A program made the position numbers and the translations under genes. DNA of 64,000 bases. Source: Candidatus Dormiibacterota bacterium (GTDB lineage: Bacteria; Chloroflexota; Dormibacteria; Aeolococcales; Aeolococcaceae). The notes beneath the pieces were generated by a model. The model searched no databases, was not told where the DNA came from, and saw only the letters and a list, made by a program, of their open reading frames with translations. The stretch is from the NCBI GenBank assembly GCA_963718525.1, contig OY970355.1:2816001-2880000 (forward strand). Reading direction: 5' to 3'. This document shows positions 8,061 through 16,763 of the stretch, in pieces (the first letter of the stretch is position 1; the number at the start of each line of letters is the position of its first letter).

Positions 8061-10381
8061 TCCGGACCCAACTCGCGCTCAACCCAGCGCGCCACCTCGG
8101 CCCGGGAGTTGATACCGAGCTTGTTGAGGATGTTCGACACGTGCGTCTCCACGGTCCGCTCTGAGAGAAAGCATCGCGAGGCGATCTCCTTATTGCTCAT
8201 GCCGTCTGCGACAAGGCGGGCAACCTCCAGTTCGCGCTTGCTCAGCGGCGTCACGTTCTTTGCATCAACATGAGCGTCGCGCGGGGCTGGTTTCTTCTCG
8301 TCGAGCGCGAAGGCGATTGCTTCATCCGTCGACATCCGCTTGCCCGCTTGGGTCTCCGACTCCAACGCCGGGATTCCAAGCGAGATCGCAATTGTCTCCC
8401 GCGCGTGCGCCAGCACAGGTTCCATATGCGGCATCAGGCGAATGCCGGTCTCGGTCTGCAGGTTCTCCGCGGCACCAAGCAACCGTGCAGACCTCTGTAG
8501 CCTGCCCACCATCGCCGCATGACTCGCCAGCCCGTCGAGAACGTAGAGGATCATGTCGCGGTTTTCGAGACGCCGCTCGATTCCCAGTGCTTCCTGCAAT
8601 AGAGGGCCAGCCTGGTCGGGTTGGTCCCTCTGTAGAAGGGAGAACCCGTAGGAGGAAAGCAGGTAACTGAGAGTCTGCAGGTCACCGCGATCGCGAGCCC
8701 GAGGTGCCCACTCGGTATAGACACGGCCAACGGTTTCGACGTCCGCCTCGGCGAGCGCAATGAACCCCTCTGTGAGGGCCAACATCGCGTCGACACCCGG
8801 GTCGTCAAGCCCCTGAGCCAGGGTCCTCGCTTCGCGCAGCTGCGACCGAGCGCCCTCAAGGTCACCGCTCATGACGCGGATACCCGCGGAGACCGAGAGG
8901 ATCCTGGCGAGCAGCGGCGAGTCATGCGCGGCGCGAGCTATTGCGTCTGCCTCCTGCAGAACTGGCGATGCGGTCGTCGCATCCCCGAGCACCATCGACA
9001 CATAACCGCGCGCGAAGAGGGCACGTGCCAGAATCGGATCGTCGTCGCCCCCGCCGTCTCGAGGATCGAGGTACAGGTCCAACCAGTACGCGCCCTCACT
9101 GGTCGCCCGCGCTGTCCAGTACCAGAGAAGAGAGCCGACCATGGAAACGCCGAGCGCGTGATCAGGACCGCGGAGACAGTGAGCAAGCGCAGCGCGCACG
9201 TTGTCTGCCTCCCCGTCAATGCGCTTGAGCCACTTGACGAGCTGGGGTGACTGCGCGGCCTTCTCCGCTACCTCGCACATGTTGGCGTAGAAAGCGGCGA
9301 AGGCCTTGGCAGCTGCGGGCTCCTCCCCCGCCTCGCGCAGTTTGATGAGCGCGTACTCGCGCATCGTCTCGTGGAGCTTGTAGCGTGCGTTTGCGGCTGG
9401 ACCCAATCGAGTCACGAACGACTTCTCAATCAGGCTCGACAGCAGCTCGAGCACGGACTTTCGATCGATGCCCGTCTGGGTTGCCACGGCTTCAACAGCA
9501 TCGAGGCTCATGTCGGACGGGAACACCGCGAGTTGTCGCAACAGTGCCGCTTCCGGGTCGCTCAACAGATCGTGGCTCCAGTCGATGGTGGCCAGGAGCG
9601 TCTGCTGTCGTGGTAGCGCCGCGCGGCTGCCACCTGTCAGGACCGCGAAACGATCGCTCAAGCGCTCGAGCAGCTGATCGAGACCGATTGTCCTCAACCT
9701 GACGGCCGCCAGCTCGAGTGCTAATGGCATGCCGTCCAGGCGACGACAGAGGTCGAGCAGCAATTGACGGGTGTCGTCCGTGTCCTCGAGTTGGACGCCG
9801 GCGTCGGCGGCTCGAGCCACGAGCAGAGCGACCGCCTCGGAGGGTGGAGCGCCCTGCCCGGGTTCGGCGCTCGATTCTCCCTGCAGCGTGAGAGGAGGCA
9901 CCTGAACGACGCGCTCACCGGAGATCCCCAACGGTTGACGGCTGGTGGCAAGGAGGCGAACTCCGGCGGCCTCCTTCAAGACGACATCGGCGAGAACGGC
10001 GACGGCGTCGAGGAGGTGTTCGCAGTTATCGAGGATCAGCAGCGCTTCGCGTGAGGCGAGGTGGGAGACCACGAGCGAGGTCGGCCACTGTCCGGACTGG
10101 TCAGCCACACCCAGACCGCTGATGACGGCCTTGGCAACCAGATGTGGATCTTCCAGACCGGCAAGGTCGATGAACCAGACGCCGTCACGCAGGGTTCGCT
10201 GGAGGTCAGCGCCCGCACGCAGGGCGAGGCGGGTCTTGCCCACGCCGCCAGGTCCCACTAGCGTCAGCAAGCGAGTGCTCGCGAATGCCGCCTTGACCTC
10301 CGCCAGCAAGCGCCGCCGGCCCACAAAGCTCGTTGACTCTGCGGGCAGCTTGCCCGCGACCGCTCGCTTGGATACGGGCAC
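8057..10381 (-). CDS. STAND (NB-ARC-like) ATPase-TPR-LuxR HTH transcriptional regulator
   Basis: SFVGR, GPGGVGKT, LILDNCEH, LDGMPLALELAA, C-terminal LSKRELEVARLVADGMSNKEIA...ETHVSNILNKLG; TACACT -10 six nt before GTG. Confidence 0.95.
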   Translation of the reverse strand: MPVSKRAVAGKLPAESTSFVGRRRLLAEVKAAFASTRLLTLVGPGGVGKTRLALRAGADLQRTLRDGVWFIDLAGLEDPHLVAKAVISGLGVADQSGQWPTSLVVSHLASREALLILDNCEHLLDAVAVLADVVLKEAAGVRLLATSRQPLGISGERVVQVPPLTLQGESSAEPGQGAPPSEAVALLVARAADAGVQLEDTDDTRQLLLDLCRRLDGMPLALELAAVRLRTIGLDQLLERLSDRFAVLTGGSRAALPRQQTLLATIDWSHDLLSDPEAALLRQLAVFPSDMSLDAVEAVATQTGIDRKSVLELLSSLIEKSFVTRLGPAANARYKLHETMREYALIKLREAGEEPAAAKAFAAFYANMCEVAEKAAQSPQLVKWLKRIDGEADNVRAALAHCLRGPDHALGVSMVGSLLWYWTARATSEGAYWLDLYLDPRDGGGDDDPILARALFARGYVSMVLGDATTASPVLQEADAIARAAHDSPLLARILSVSAGIRVMSGDLEGARSQLREARTLAQGLDDPGVDAMLALTEGFIALAEADVETVGRVYTEWAPRARDRGDLQTLSYLLSSYGFSLLQRDQPDQAGPLLQEALGIERRLENRDMILYVLDGLASHAAMVGRLQRSARLLGAAENLQTETGIRLMPHMEPVLAHARETIAISLGIPALESETQAGKRMSTDEAIAFALDEKKPAPRDAHVDAKNVTPLSKRELEVARLVADGMSNKEIASRCFLSERTVETHVSNILNKLGINSRAEVARWVERELGPD

Positions 10382-10438
10382 ATCGCCAGTGTAGGCGGGC
10401 CTGGGATCCGGCGCCGTTCGGCCCGAGGAGCAAGAGTG

Positions 10439-10468
10439 AGCCCGGCCGGGATCGCACCCGGCCGGGCT
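10439..10468 (-). terminator. Perfect 12-bp hairpin between the DUF4386 gene and the regulator
   Basis: AGCCCGGCCGGG-atcgca-CCCGGCCGGGCT. Confidence 0.6.
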
Positions 10469-10480
10469 GGATGAGAAGAC

Positions 10481-11248
10481 CTACGCCGCTGGTGTCGGAT
10501 CCACCCGACGCGCAGCTCCTCCCGAGTAGGCGTCGGTCTGGAAACCCTTGGTGAAGAGCCAGAACGGCAGCACCAGTTCAAAGAACATGCCGGGGATCGT
10601 GAGCAGGAGGCCGATGTGGATCCCGAAGACTTCGGCGATGGCTCCAACCATAAGAATCGGATAGCCGATCAAGCCCGCAATCGACAGGAACCGGGGGATC
10701 AAGCGGGTCCGGAAAAGCAGCGCACACAGGGCCACGCAACCCAGGGCAAGTGTCATCTCGCCAAACTGGTAGAACATGGCGTTCGTGTGAACAAGGGCTG
10801 ATCCGCGGGCTACAGCCGTCGCAGCGTCAAGTCCGTGCTGGCCGCTCAAAGGCACGATCATCAACAAAGCGACCGCCCCTACGTCCAGCAACGTTACCTC
10901 GACAACCATTGTTGCCAGATAGGCAATCGCAGTTCTCCTGCTGTGCTTTCCTAGGATCGGAAAGAAGAGGGTCCCTTTGCCGAGGTCGACCACCGTGTTA
11001 AGCAACATCAGAACAGCTCCGATGATGAGGACAGTCGGGTGTGCGGCGATCGAATCGAGAAAGTGCGGCGCGCCGGCCGCGGATGTTGCGAGCGCGGAGC
11101 CAACTCCGTAGACGAGGAATCCCGACAGGAAGAGGGCTCCGATCAGTCTCGAATATGTCATCCGAGAACCCGTTACGCTGAGGCGGCGACGCCTGTCCAC
11201 GACGGGTTCGACGACGTCTGGCCTGCTGGACGAGATGGCTTGCTGCAT
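10481..11248 (-). CDS. DUF4386-family integral membrane protein
   Basis: RLIGALFL...LFFPIL...LFRTRLIPRFLS..GLIGY...PGMFFELVLPFWLFTKGF; AAGGAG RBS before ATG 11248. Confidence 0.85.
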   Translation of the reverse strand: MQQAISSSRPDVVEPVVDRRRRLSVTGSRMTYSRLIGALFLSGFLVYGVGSALATSAAGAPHFLDSIAAHPTVLIIGAVLMLLNTVVDLGKGTLFFPILGKHSRRTAIAYLATMVVEVTLLDVGAVALLMIVPLSGQHGLDAATAVARGSALVHTNAMFYQFGEMTLALGCVALCALLFRTRLIPRFLSIAGLIGYPILMVGAIAEVFGIHIGLLLTIPGMFFELVLPFWLFTKGFQTDAYSGGAARRVDPTPAA

Positions 11249-11291
11249 CGGATCTCCTTGGTGGATTGGCGTTGGTGTGCGGCGTACTCGT

Positions 11292-11346
11292 AGGCTAGGA
11301 AGGGCGAGCCACGGGCGAATCCGTGCGAGTACGTAGCCGGCACGTA
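11292..11346 (-). promoter_or_regulatory. Regulon motif copy 4 plus -10 box (DUF4386 gene)
   Basis: TACGTGC-CGGCTAC-GTACT-CGC-ACGGAT-N21-TAGCCT. Confidence 0.75.
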
Positions 11347-11639
11347 AAAGTGCAGCCTTCAGCCATCCCTGCCCGACCGGGGGGATTTCTTTAACGGCGA
11401 AGTGGCTCCCTCCAGCCGACCCCAAGGCTTAGGACGATGAGCGCAGCGCGTGCAAGCTCAGACGCGCCGCACACAGTCACGCATCTCTTGGCCCCGTGGT
11501 TCAGGGAAGCGAGCCTTCGAACTCGCAAGCGCGGTGAAATTGCTCGCGCTTCAACAGCTACTCTCACCCGTCGAGTGGCAACACGTGCAGTAGCGACGAC
11601 TCCGGGCAGCGGGCGACGACGATCGAGGAGGCAGGTGAC

Positions 11640-12854
11640 ATGACAACGTCCAGGAAGCGAGGGCGACGAGGTGCCGGCAGCGCTCGCAAACGCGGCGACC
11701 GCTGGGAATTCCGCTTCCGCCTCGGCGGCAGACAACACAGCGTGTACGGCCGGACGCTCGCCGAGGCTCGAAGTAGAGCTCAGGCAACCCGGGCGGAATC
11801 GCAGCAGCGCTTGTCCCCCACGGTGGGCGATTGGCTCGCTCAGTGGCTGTCGTTGCGGCGAGATGCTTGGCGTCCGCAGACATGGCTTTCATACAACATG
11901 TATGCGCAGCACCACATTGTCCCGACCATCGGTGACGTTCCCATCCACGCGCTCACTGCTGAGCACATCGATCAGCTTCACACCACCATGCTTCGCACGG
12001 TCAGCGCAACCACGACGCGTCACGCACACGATGTCCTGGCGTCGGCGCTGCGCGCTGCTACGCGGCGTGGCCTCCGGGTGTCTTCCGCGATCCGCGACGT
12101 GCCCCCACCGCGCCGCTCTTCACCCCGGATCGAAACCCTTACCCGCGACGAGGTCACTCGGCTCATCGACACGGCGTATGGGGACGCCTTGGAAGCGGCG
12201 TATGTGCTGGCGGTCACCTTGGGCATGCGCCAGGGCGAACTACGGGGACTACGGTGGAGCGCCGTCCAGTTGCAAGAGCGCCGCCTGGTGGTGCGAAGCA
12301 GCGCGACGCGCACCCTCGACAACCAGCAGGTGATCAGCCTGCCCAAGACACGCGCGGGTCACCGCTCCCTGAGGCTGCCCGAGGTCGCCGTCGATGCATT
12401 GCTGCGCACGCAGCGCCGGGGTGAGCTGGTCTGGCCGGGATCCGAGGGCGACCCCATGCCAGCCTCATCGTTCTGCACGCGCTGGGCGGCGATGCGGCGG
12501 CGCGCCGGCATCCGCCCGGTCCATTTCCACGCCTTGCGGCACACAGCTGCGACGCTCGCCCTCGAGGACGGCATCTCGCCGCACGTCGTGGCCGCGATGC
12601 TCGGGCACGCTTCCGTCGCCACCACGCTTGGGGTGTATGCGCATGTCACCCATGTCAGTCTCGACGCGCTGACGGAGGCGATCAATTCCCGCCACCACCC
12701 CCGTGTCGATCTCCGGGTCATCAGCGGCGAGACAACGCCACGTGATGAGGGTACGAATGAGGGTACTGAACTGAAACCTCGCTACCCGTCAAGGGGAAAA
12801 GAGTGCCGAGAAAGGGAATCGAACCCTTACGCCCTTGCGAGCACAGCGCCCTGA
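11640..12854 (+). mobile_element. Tyrosine recombinase/phage-type integrase
   Basis: Catalytic R (GMRQGE), K (PKTRAG), HALRH, LGH and Y (GVYAH) all present; N-terminal arm-binding-like region; adjacent to a tRNA 3' end. Confidence 0.95.
12745..12766 (+). repeat. 10-bp direct repeat ATGAGGGTAC x2 (candidate integrase arm-type sites)
   Basis: ATGAGGGTAC at 12745 and 12757, about 40 bp from the tRNA 3' end. Confidence 0.6.
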
Positions 12855-12887
12855 ACGCTGCGTGTCTACCAGTTCCACCACCTCGGC
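12804..12887 (-). tRNA. tRNA-Leu(CAG), CCA not encoded
   Basis: GCCGAGG/TCTCGGC acceptor stem, CAGCG-TTCAGGG-CGCTG anticodon arm, long variable arm, AAGGG-TTCGATT-CCCTT T arm. Confidence 0.97.
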
Positions 12888-12939
12888 GGGTGCCAGAGGA
12901 TGGTATCAGCGGCGCCGCGGTGTGCCCACCGGACCGCAC

Positions 12940-14546
12940 TCAGTGCAACTCCCACGCGGCGATGTCGTCATATCTCGCTGAACTCGGGTCCGACCGACGG
13001 CATTGGGGCCGTCGGCGCCGGCGATCTGAATACAACGGTCACGCGGGGCGTGTATAGAAAGATCGCCGGTGCATCGTCCGCCACGAGAGCTGCCACCTGG
13101 GCAGCTGCGCTGAGCCGGGCAGCACGACCCGGGACCTCGGCCAGCATGTCGAGCGCGGCGTCGAGAAAGGGGTCAGCGGTGCCCCCGGAGACGTCGTATC
13201 CATGGGGGGGCGTGGCGTTGGAGCGCCAGAACGCGCTCACGTCCGGGTCTGGGACCGGGTTCCACGCGTCGATCGCAAGCTGGAACTGACCGCTGTCGAG
13301 TGTGCCAGTGAGAAACGTCTGGGGCACTACCGCATTCACCGTCACGCGAACGCCGATCGCCGCGAGCTGACTTGCCACTTCACGCGCCACGGTGGGAAGC
13401 GGATTGATATTCGGCACTGCCAGCGTGAACGCCAGCTGGAGTGCGCCGCGATGGCGGACGCCGCCGGCACCGGCGACCCATCCGTTGGCGTCAAGGACCG
13501 ACGCCGCCACCGTGGGAGAGGATGCCTCGAGAGCCGCAGGTCCGACCCACGGGATGCCGGCGGAGAACGGGCCGGTCTCGACCACCCCCGCACGATTGTC
13601 CAGGGCTCCCGCCACAACGGCCGACCTGTTGATGGCGACGCCGATGGCGTGGCGGACCACCGAGTTGGCGAGGGTCGGCACACGCTCGTTGAACATGAGA
13701 TCGACAAACTCAGGAGTGGTCATGGTCTCCGCCTGCGCTCCTTTGACCTTGAGGAGCGTCGTGAGCTCTTCCGGTGTTGATGCGAGGAGCGCGCCGACGC
13801 TGCCGTTCGAGAACGCAGATGCCGCGTCCGCAAACGTGAGGAACAGGCGGAGCTCGTAGCTCTTGATGAACGGACGCACCGCCGCGTAGGGATTGGCTTG
13901 GAGGTCGAGTGCCAGCGCCGCCGTCGACTGCACCTCGTACGGACCGGAGGTCGGCAGCGGCGACGTCGGGTGCGTCGCGGCGGCGACCAGCTCATGGGCA
14001 TCCAATGAGCCCAACGGAAGGATCGGCATCTGCGTCAGCGTCGCCGCGAAGGACGCCCGCGGCGCCGGCAGCGTGAAGGTCACCGTGTTCACTGCGGTGG
14101 CGACCCGGACACCCCGGAGTGCGGTCGCCAGGTTCGGGTCGCTGGCAGCCCTGGACACCGCGAACGCTTCGGTGGCCACAACATCAGCAACCGTGATCGG
14201 CGCTCCGTCCGACCACCGGAGGTTCGTCTGGGGCACGACGGTGTACACAAGACCGTTCGCGCTCACCTCGTACGACGATGCGAGATCAGGCACCGGATAT
14301 CCGGTGCCGTCGAGCTTCAGCAGCGACCTGTAGAGGAGATGGCCGACGTCGACGACCGCGGGATCGGAGGCGTCGATCAGCGGGTTCAGCGACATGGGCC
14401 GCTCGCTGACCACGAGCCCCTCGGTGAACTGAGGGCCGCCGATCAGTCCGAAATGCAGCGAGAGCGCGTACCCGAGGGCGCTGATCCCCAGCAGGCCGAG
14501 TGCGAACCCGGCAACGACCTCAATCGGCCTGTGCCGACGCAGCCAC
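12940..14546 (-). CDS. Peptide/nickel ABC transporter substrate-binding protein (family 5); probable +1 error at ~12982 and unclear start
   Basis: SLNPL, PDLA, WSDGAPITVADV, SGPY, VRHAIGVAINR, DAPAIFLY; deleting one base restores the C-terminus SARYDDIAAWELH*. Confidence 0.85.
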
Positions 14547-14547
14547 C

Positions 14548-14781
14548 TTACTTGGTGACGTAGGTTGCGAGCACCGAGACGACGACGAACAGCGCGATCA
14601 TCGCGGCCGAGAAGCGCAGCAGGCTCGCCTCCAGCCCGCGGCGGCGCCGGTACCCGCCCCCGGAATCTCCTCCACCACCGATCGTGCCGCCGAGTCCGGT
14701 CGACTTCGGGGTCTGGAGGAGGATGCCAAGGATCGCGAGAACCCCGATCACCACCTGGGCCACGGTCAGGGCGGTCTTCAC
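14548..14781 (-). CDS. secG: Preprotein translocase subunit SecG
   Basis: Two TMs flanking ILLQTPKSTGLGG...RRRRGLE; AAGGAGG RBS before GTG. Confidence 0.9.
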   Translation of the reverse strand: MKTALTVAQVVIGVLAILGILLQTPKSTGLGGTIGGGGDSGGGYRRRRGLEASLLRFSAAMIALFVVVSVLATYVTK

Positions 14782-14904
14782 GCAACAACGCCTCCTTGAC
14801 AACGCATCGGCCCGAGTATAGGCGGCCAGGAGGGATCCCTTCCTCCTGTGAATGGCTTGTGCCCCTTCTGGGCCTACGCTTGTTTGTGATACTGTGTCCA
14901 CGAA

Positions 14905-15969
14905 ATGTACTTGCTGCGTAGGGCCACCGTCCCGGTCTGGCGCTGGATTGTCGGCGCCGTCGTGGCGGCGGCGTTGGTCGTCGGATGTGCCCAGGTCCAG
15001 GCGATCGCAGTCCACCCGCCACCTCCCGCTCCTCTGCTCGGACCCGCGCCGGCTCTCATCGTCGGGGCTGACCAGGTGACCCTGCTTCGCAGCGGACCGG
15101 CGACGTTTGATCGACTGGAGTCATTGATCAACGCTGCGCGGCTGAGCGTCCACGTCGAGATCTACGAATTTGGTCAGCGCCGCCTTGCCTCGGCCCTGGT
15201 TGCAGCGAAGTCGCGTGGCGTCGCCGTCACAGTCATCGAGGATCCGTCCGAGCTTGCCAGCGCGGCGACCGCGGCGCGACTTCTCACCGCAGGCATCGAC
15301 GTTGTCGAGTACCCCGTGCGAAAGATGATGATCGACCACGTCAAGCTGCTCGTCGTCGACGCCGCTGTTGCCGTCGTTGGTGGCATCAACTGGGGAGTCA
15401 GCTCACCGGCGAACCATGACTACGATGCCGAGCTGCGCGGGCCCGTCGTCCACAATCTGGATCGGGTCTTCGATCGCGATCTGGTCACATGCGGGCGCGG
15501 CGTCCCAGTACCGGACCGCATGCCCGACCCCTCGATCGACATCGCCGCCACCCTCCCCGGCACCGAGATTCGACCGCTGGCGCTCGGCCTGATCGACGGC
15601 GCGCAACACACGCTCGATCTCGAGCTCTTCGTCCTGACGGACACCGGCGTCGTCCACGCCCTCGAGGCTGCCGCGCTTCGTGGTGTCTCGGTTCGCATCC
15701 TGCTCGACCCCTCCCAACCCTCGAGCGATCCGTCCTATGCGGCGCTGCTCGGTGCAGGTATCCAGATCCGCTGGTATCGGAGCCGTGGTGAGCTGTTGCA
15801 CGCCAAGGCGATCGTGGCCGATGCAACCTCGGTGCTCTTCGGCAGCGCCAACTGGTCCGGGGGCGGTTTTGCGCGCAACCACGAGCTCGACATCGAACTG
15901 ATCTCGGCACCGCGCGTTGCAGCGGAGATGCTCGCTCAGATGGACCTCAACTGGGCGGCGAGCGCATGA
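14905..15969 (+). CDS. Phospholipase D family protein with two HKD motifs (cardiolipin synthase-like)
   Basis: HVKLLVVD...GGIN and HAKAIVAD...GSAN; N-terminal hydrophobic segment ending VVGC. Confidence 0.88.
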   Translation: MYLLRRATVPVWRWIVGAVVAAALVVGCAQVQAIAVHPPPPAPLLGPAPALIVGADQVTLLRSGPATFDRLESLINAARLSVHVEIYEFGQRRLASALVAAKSRGVAVTVIEDPSELASAATAARLLTAGIDVVEYPVRKMMIDHVKLLVVDAAVAVVGGINWGVSSPANHDYDAELRGPVVHNLDRVFDRDLVTCGRGVPVPDRMPDPSIDIAATLPGTEIRPLALGLIDGAQHTLDLELFVLTDTGVVHALEAAALRGVSVRILLDPSQPSSDPSYAALLGAGIQIRWYRSRGELLHAKAIVADATSVLFGSANWSGGGFARNHELDIELISAPRVAAEMLAQMDLNWAASA

Positions 15970-15978
15970 ACTCCCCTC

Positions 15979-16007
15979 TTGACAAGCGACCGGTCTCGAT
16001 ATATCGT
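15979..16007 (+). promoter_or_regulatory. Sigma70-type promoter with palindromic operator upstream of padR
   Basis: TTGACA-N17-TATCGT with the palindrome CGATATATCG (15997-16006) overlapping the -10. Confidence 0.7.
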
Positions 16008-16043
16008 TGGAACATCGAATCAGCCGCCATGGAGCGACCCGAC

Positions 16044-16724
16044 ATGACCAGAGAACGATCCCATCCGACTTCCCACGATGAGTGGGGTTGGGCACACCAC
16101 GACGCCGCCGCGCGCTTCCACCACGTCCGCCAGCACCTCGAGCATGGGGTGAGGAACCGCCACCGCAGGGGATGGCCGCCCTTCGATGCCCCGGACTTCG
16201 CGGCCGGTTTCAGTGGCCACGGAGGTTTCGGACCGGGGTTCGGTCCGGGCAGGCGTGCTGCCCGCGGTGACGTGCGCGCCGCCATCCTCGTCCTCCTGGC
16301 CGAGAAGCCGTCGCACGGCTATCAGATCATTCAAGAGCTCGAGCGCCGGAGCGACGGTGCCTGGCGGGCAAGTCCTGGATCGGTGTACCCAACGCTGCAG
16401 CAGCTCGAAGACGAGGGCCTGGTTCGGGCCGTCGAGGCAGACGGCGGACGCCGGGTGTTCGAGCTGACCGAGTTGGGTCGCGAGGAGGCGAGCAAACTCG
16501 CGGCCGGTCCAGCGCCATGGGCAGAGGCGGCGGGTTCCGTCGGGGGCGACCATCGCGACCTTCGTGATCAGGCCTTCCAGCTGCTTGCCGCCACCTGGCA
16601 GGTCAGCCGGACCGGTGACGCCGCACACATCGCACAGGCGCGCACCATCCTGCACGAGGCGCGTCGCAAGCTGTACCTGCTGCTCGCCGGCAGTGAGTCG
16701 CCGTCGGAAAAGACCGAGGACTGA
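16044..16724 (+). CDS. PadR-family transcriptional regulator with a His/Gly-rich N-terminus
   Basis: RGDVRAAILVLLAE..HGYQII...SPGSVYPTLQQLEDEGLV; start placed downstream of the promoter (16029 is an alternative). Confidence 0.92.
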   Translation: MTRERSHPTSHDEWGWAHHDAAARFHHVRQHLEHGVRNRHRRGWPPFDAPDFAAGFSGHGGFGPGFGPGRRAARGDVRAAILVLLAEKPSHGYQIIQELERRSDGAWRASPGSVYPTLQQLEDEGLVRAVEADGGRRVFELTELGREEASKLAAGPAPWAEAAGSVGGDHRDLRDQAFQLLAATWQVSRTGDAAHIAQARTILHEARRKLYLLLAGSESPSEKTED

Positions 16725-16763
16725 CGACAGGCATCTGTCGCCAGGCCCGGCGATGATGGGCAC

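Noticed and set aside
8057-10381. STAND ATPases as Avs-type anti-phage defence proteins
   Set aside because: Both end in a LuxR HTH and lack nuclease, TIR or Sir2 effector domains; the context fits transcriptional regulators
11437-11643. 68-aa ORF overlapping the integrase start as a possible excisionase
   Set aside because: No HTH/Xis-like pattern; low-complexity Arg/Ala/Thr composition
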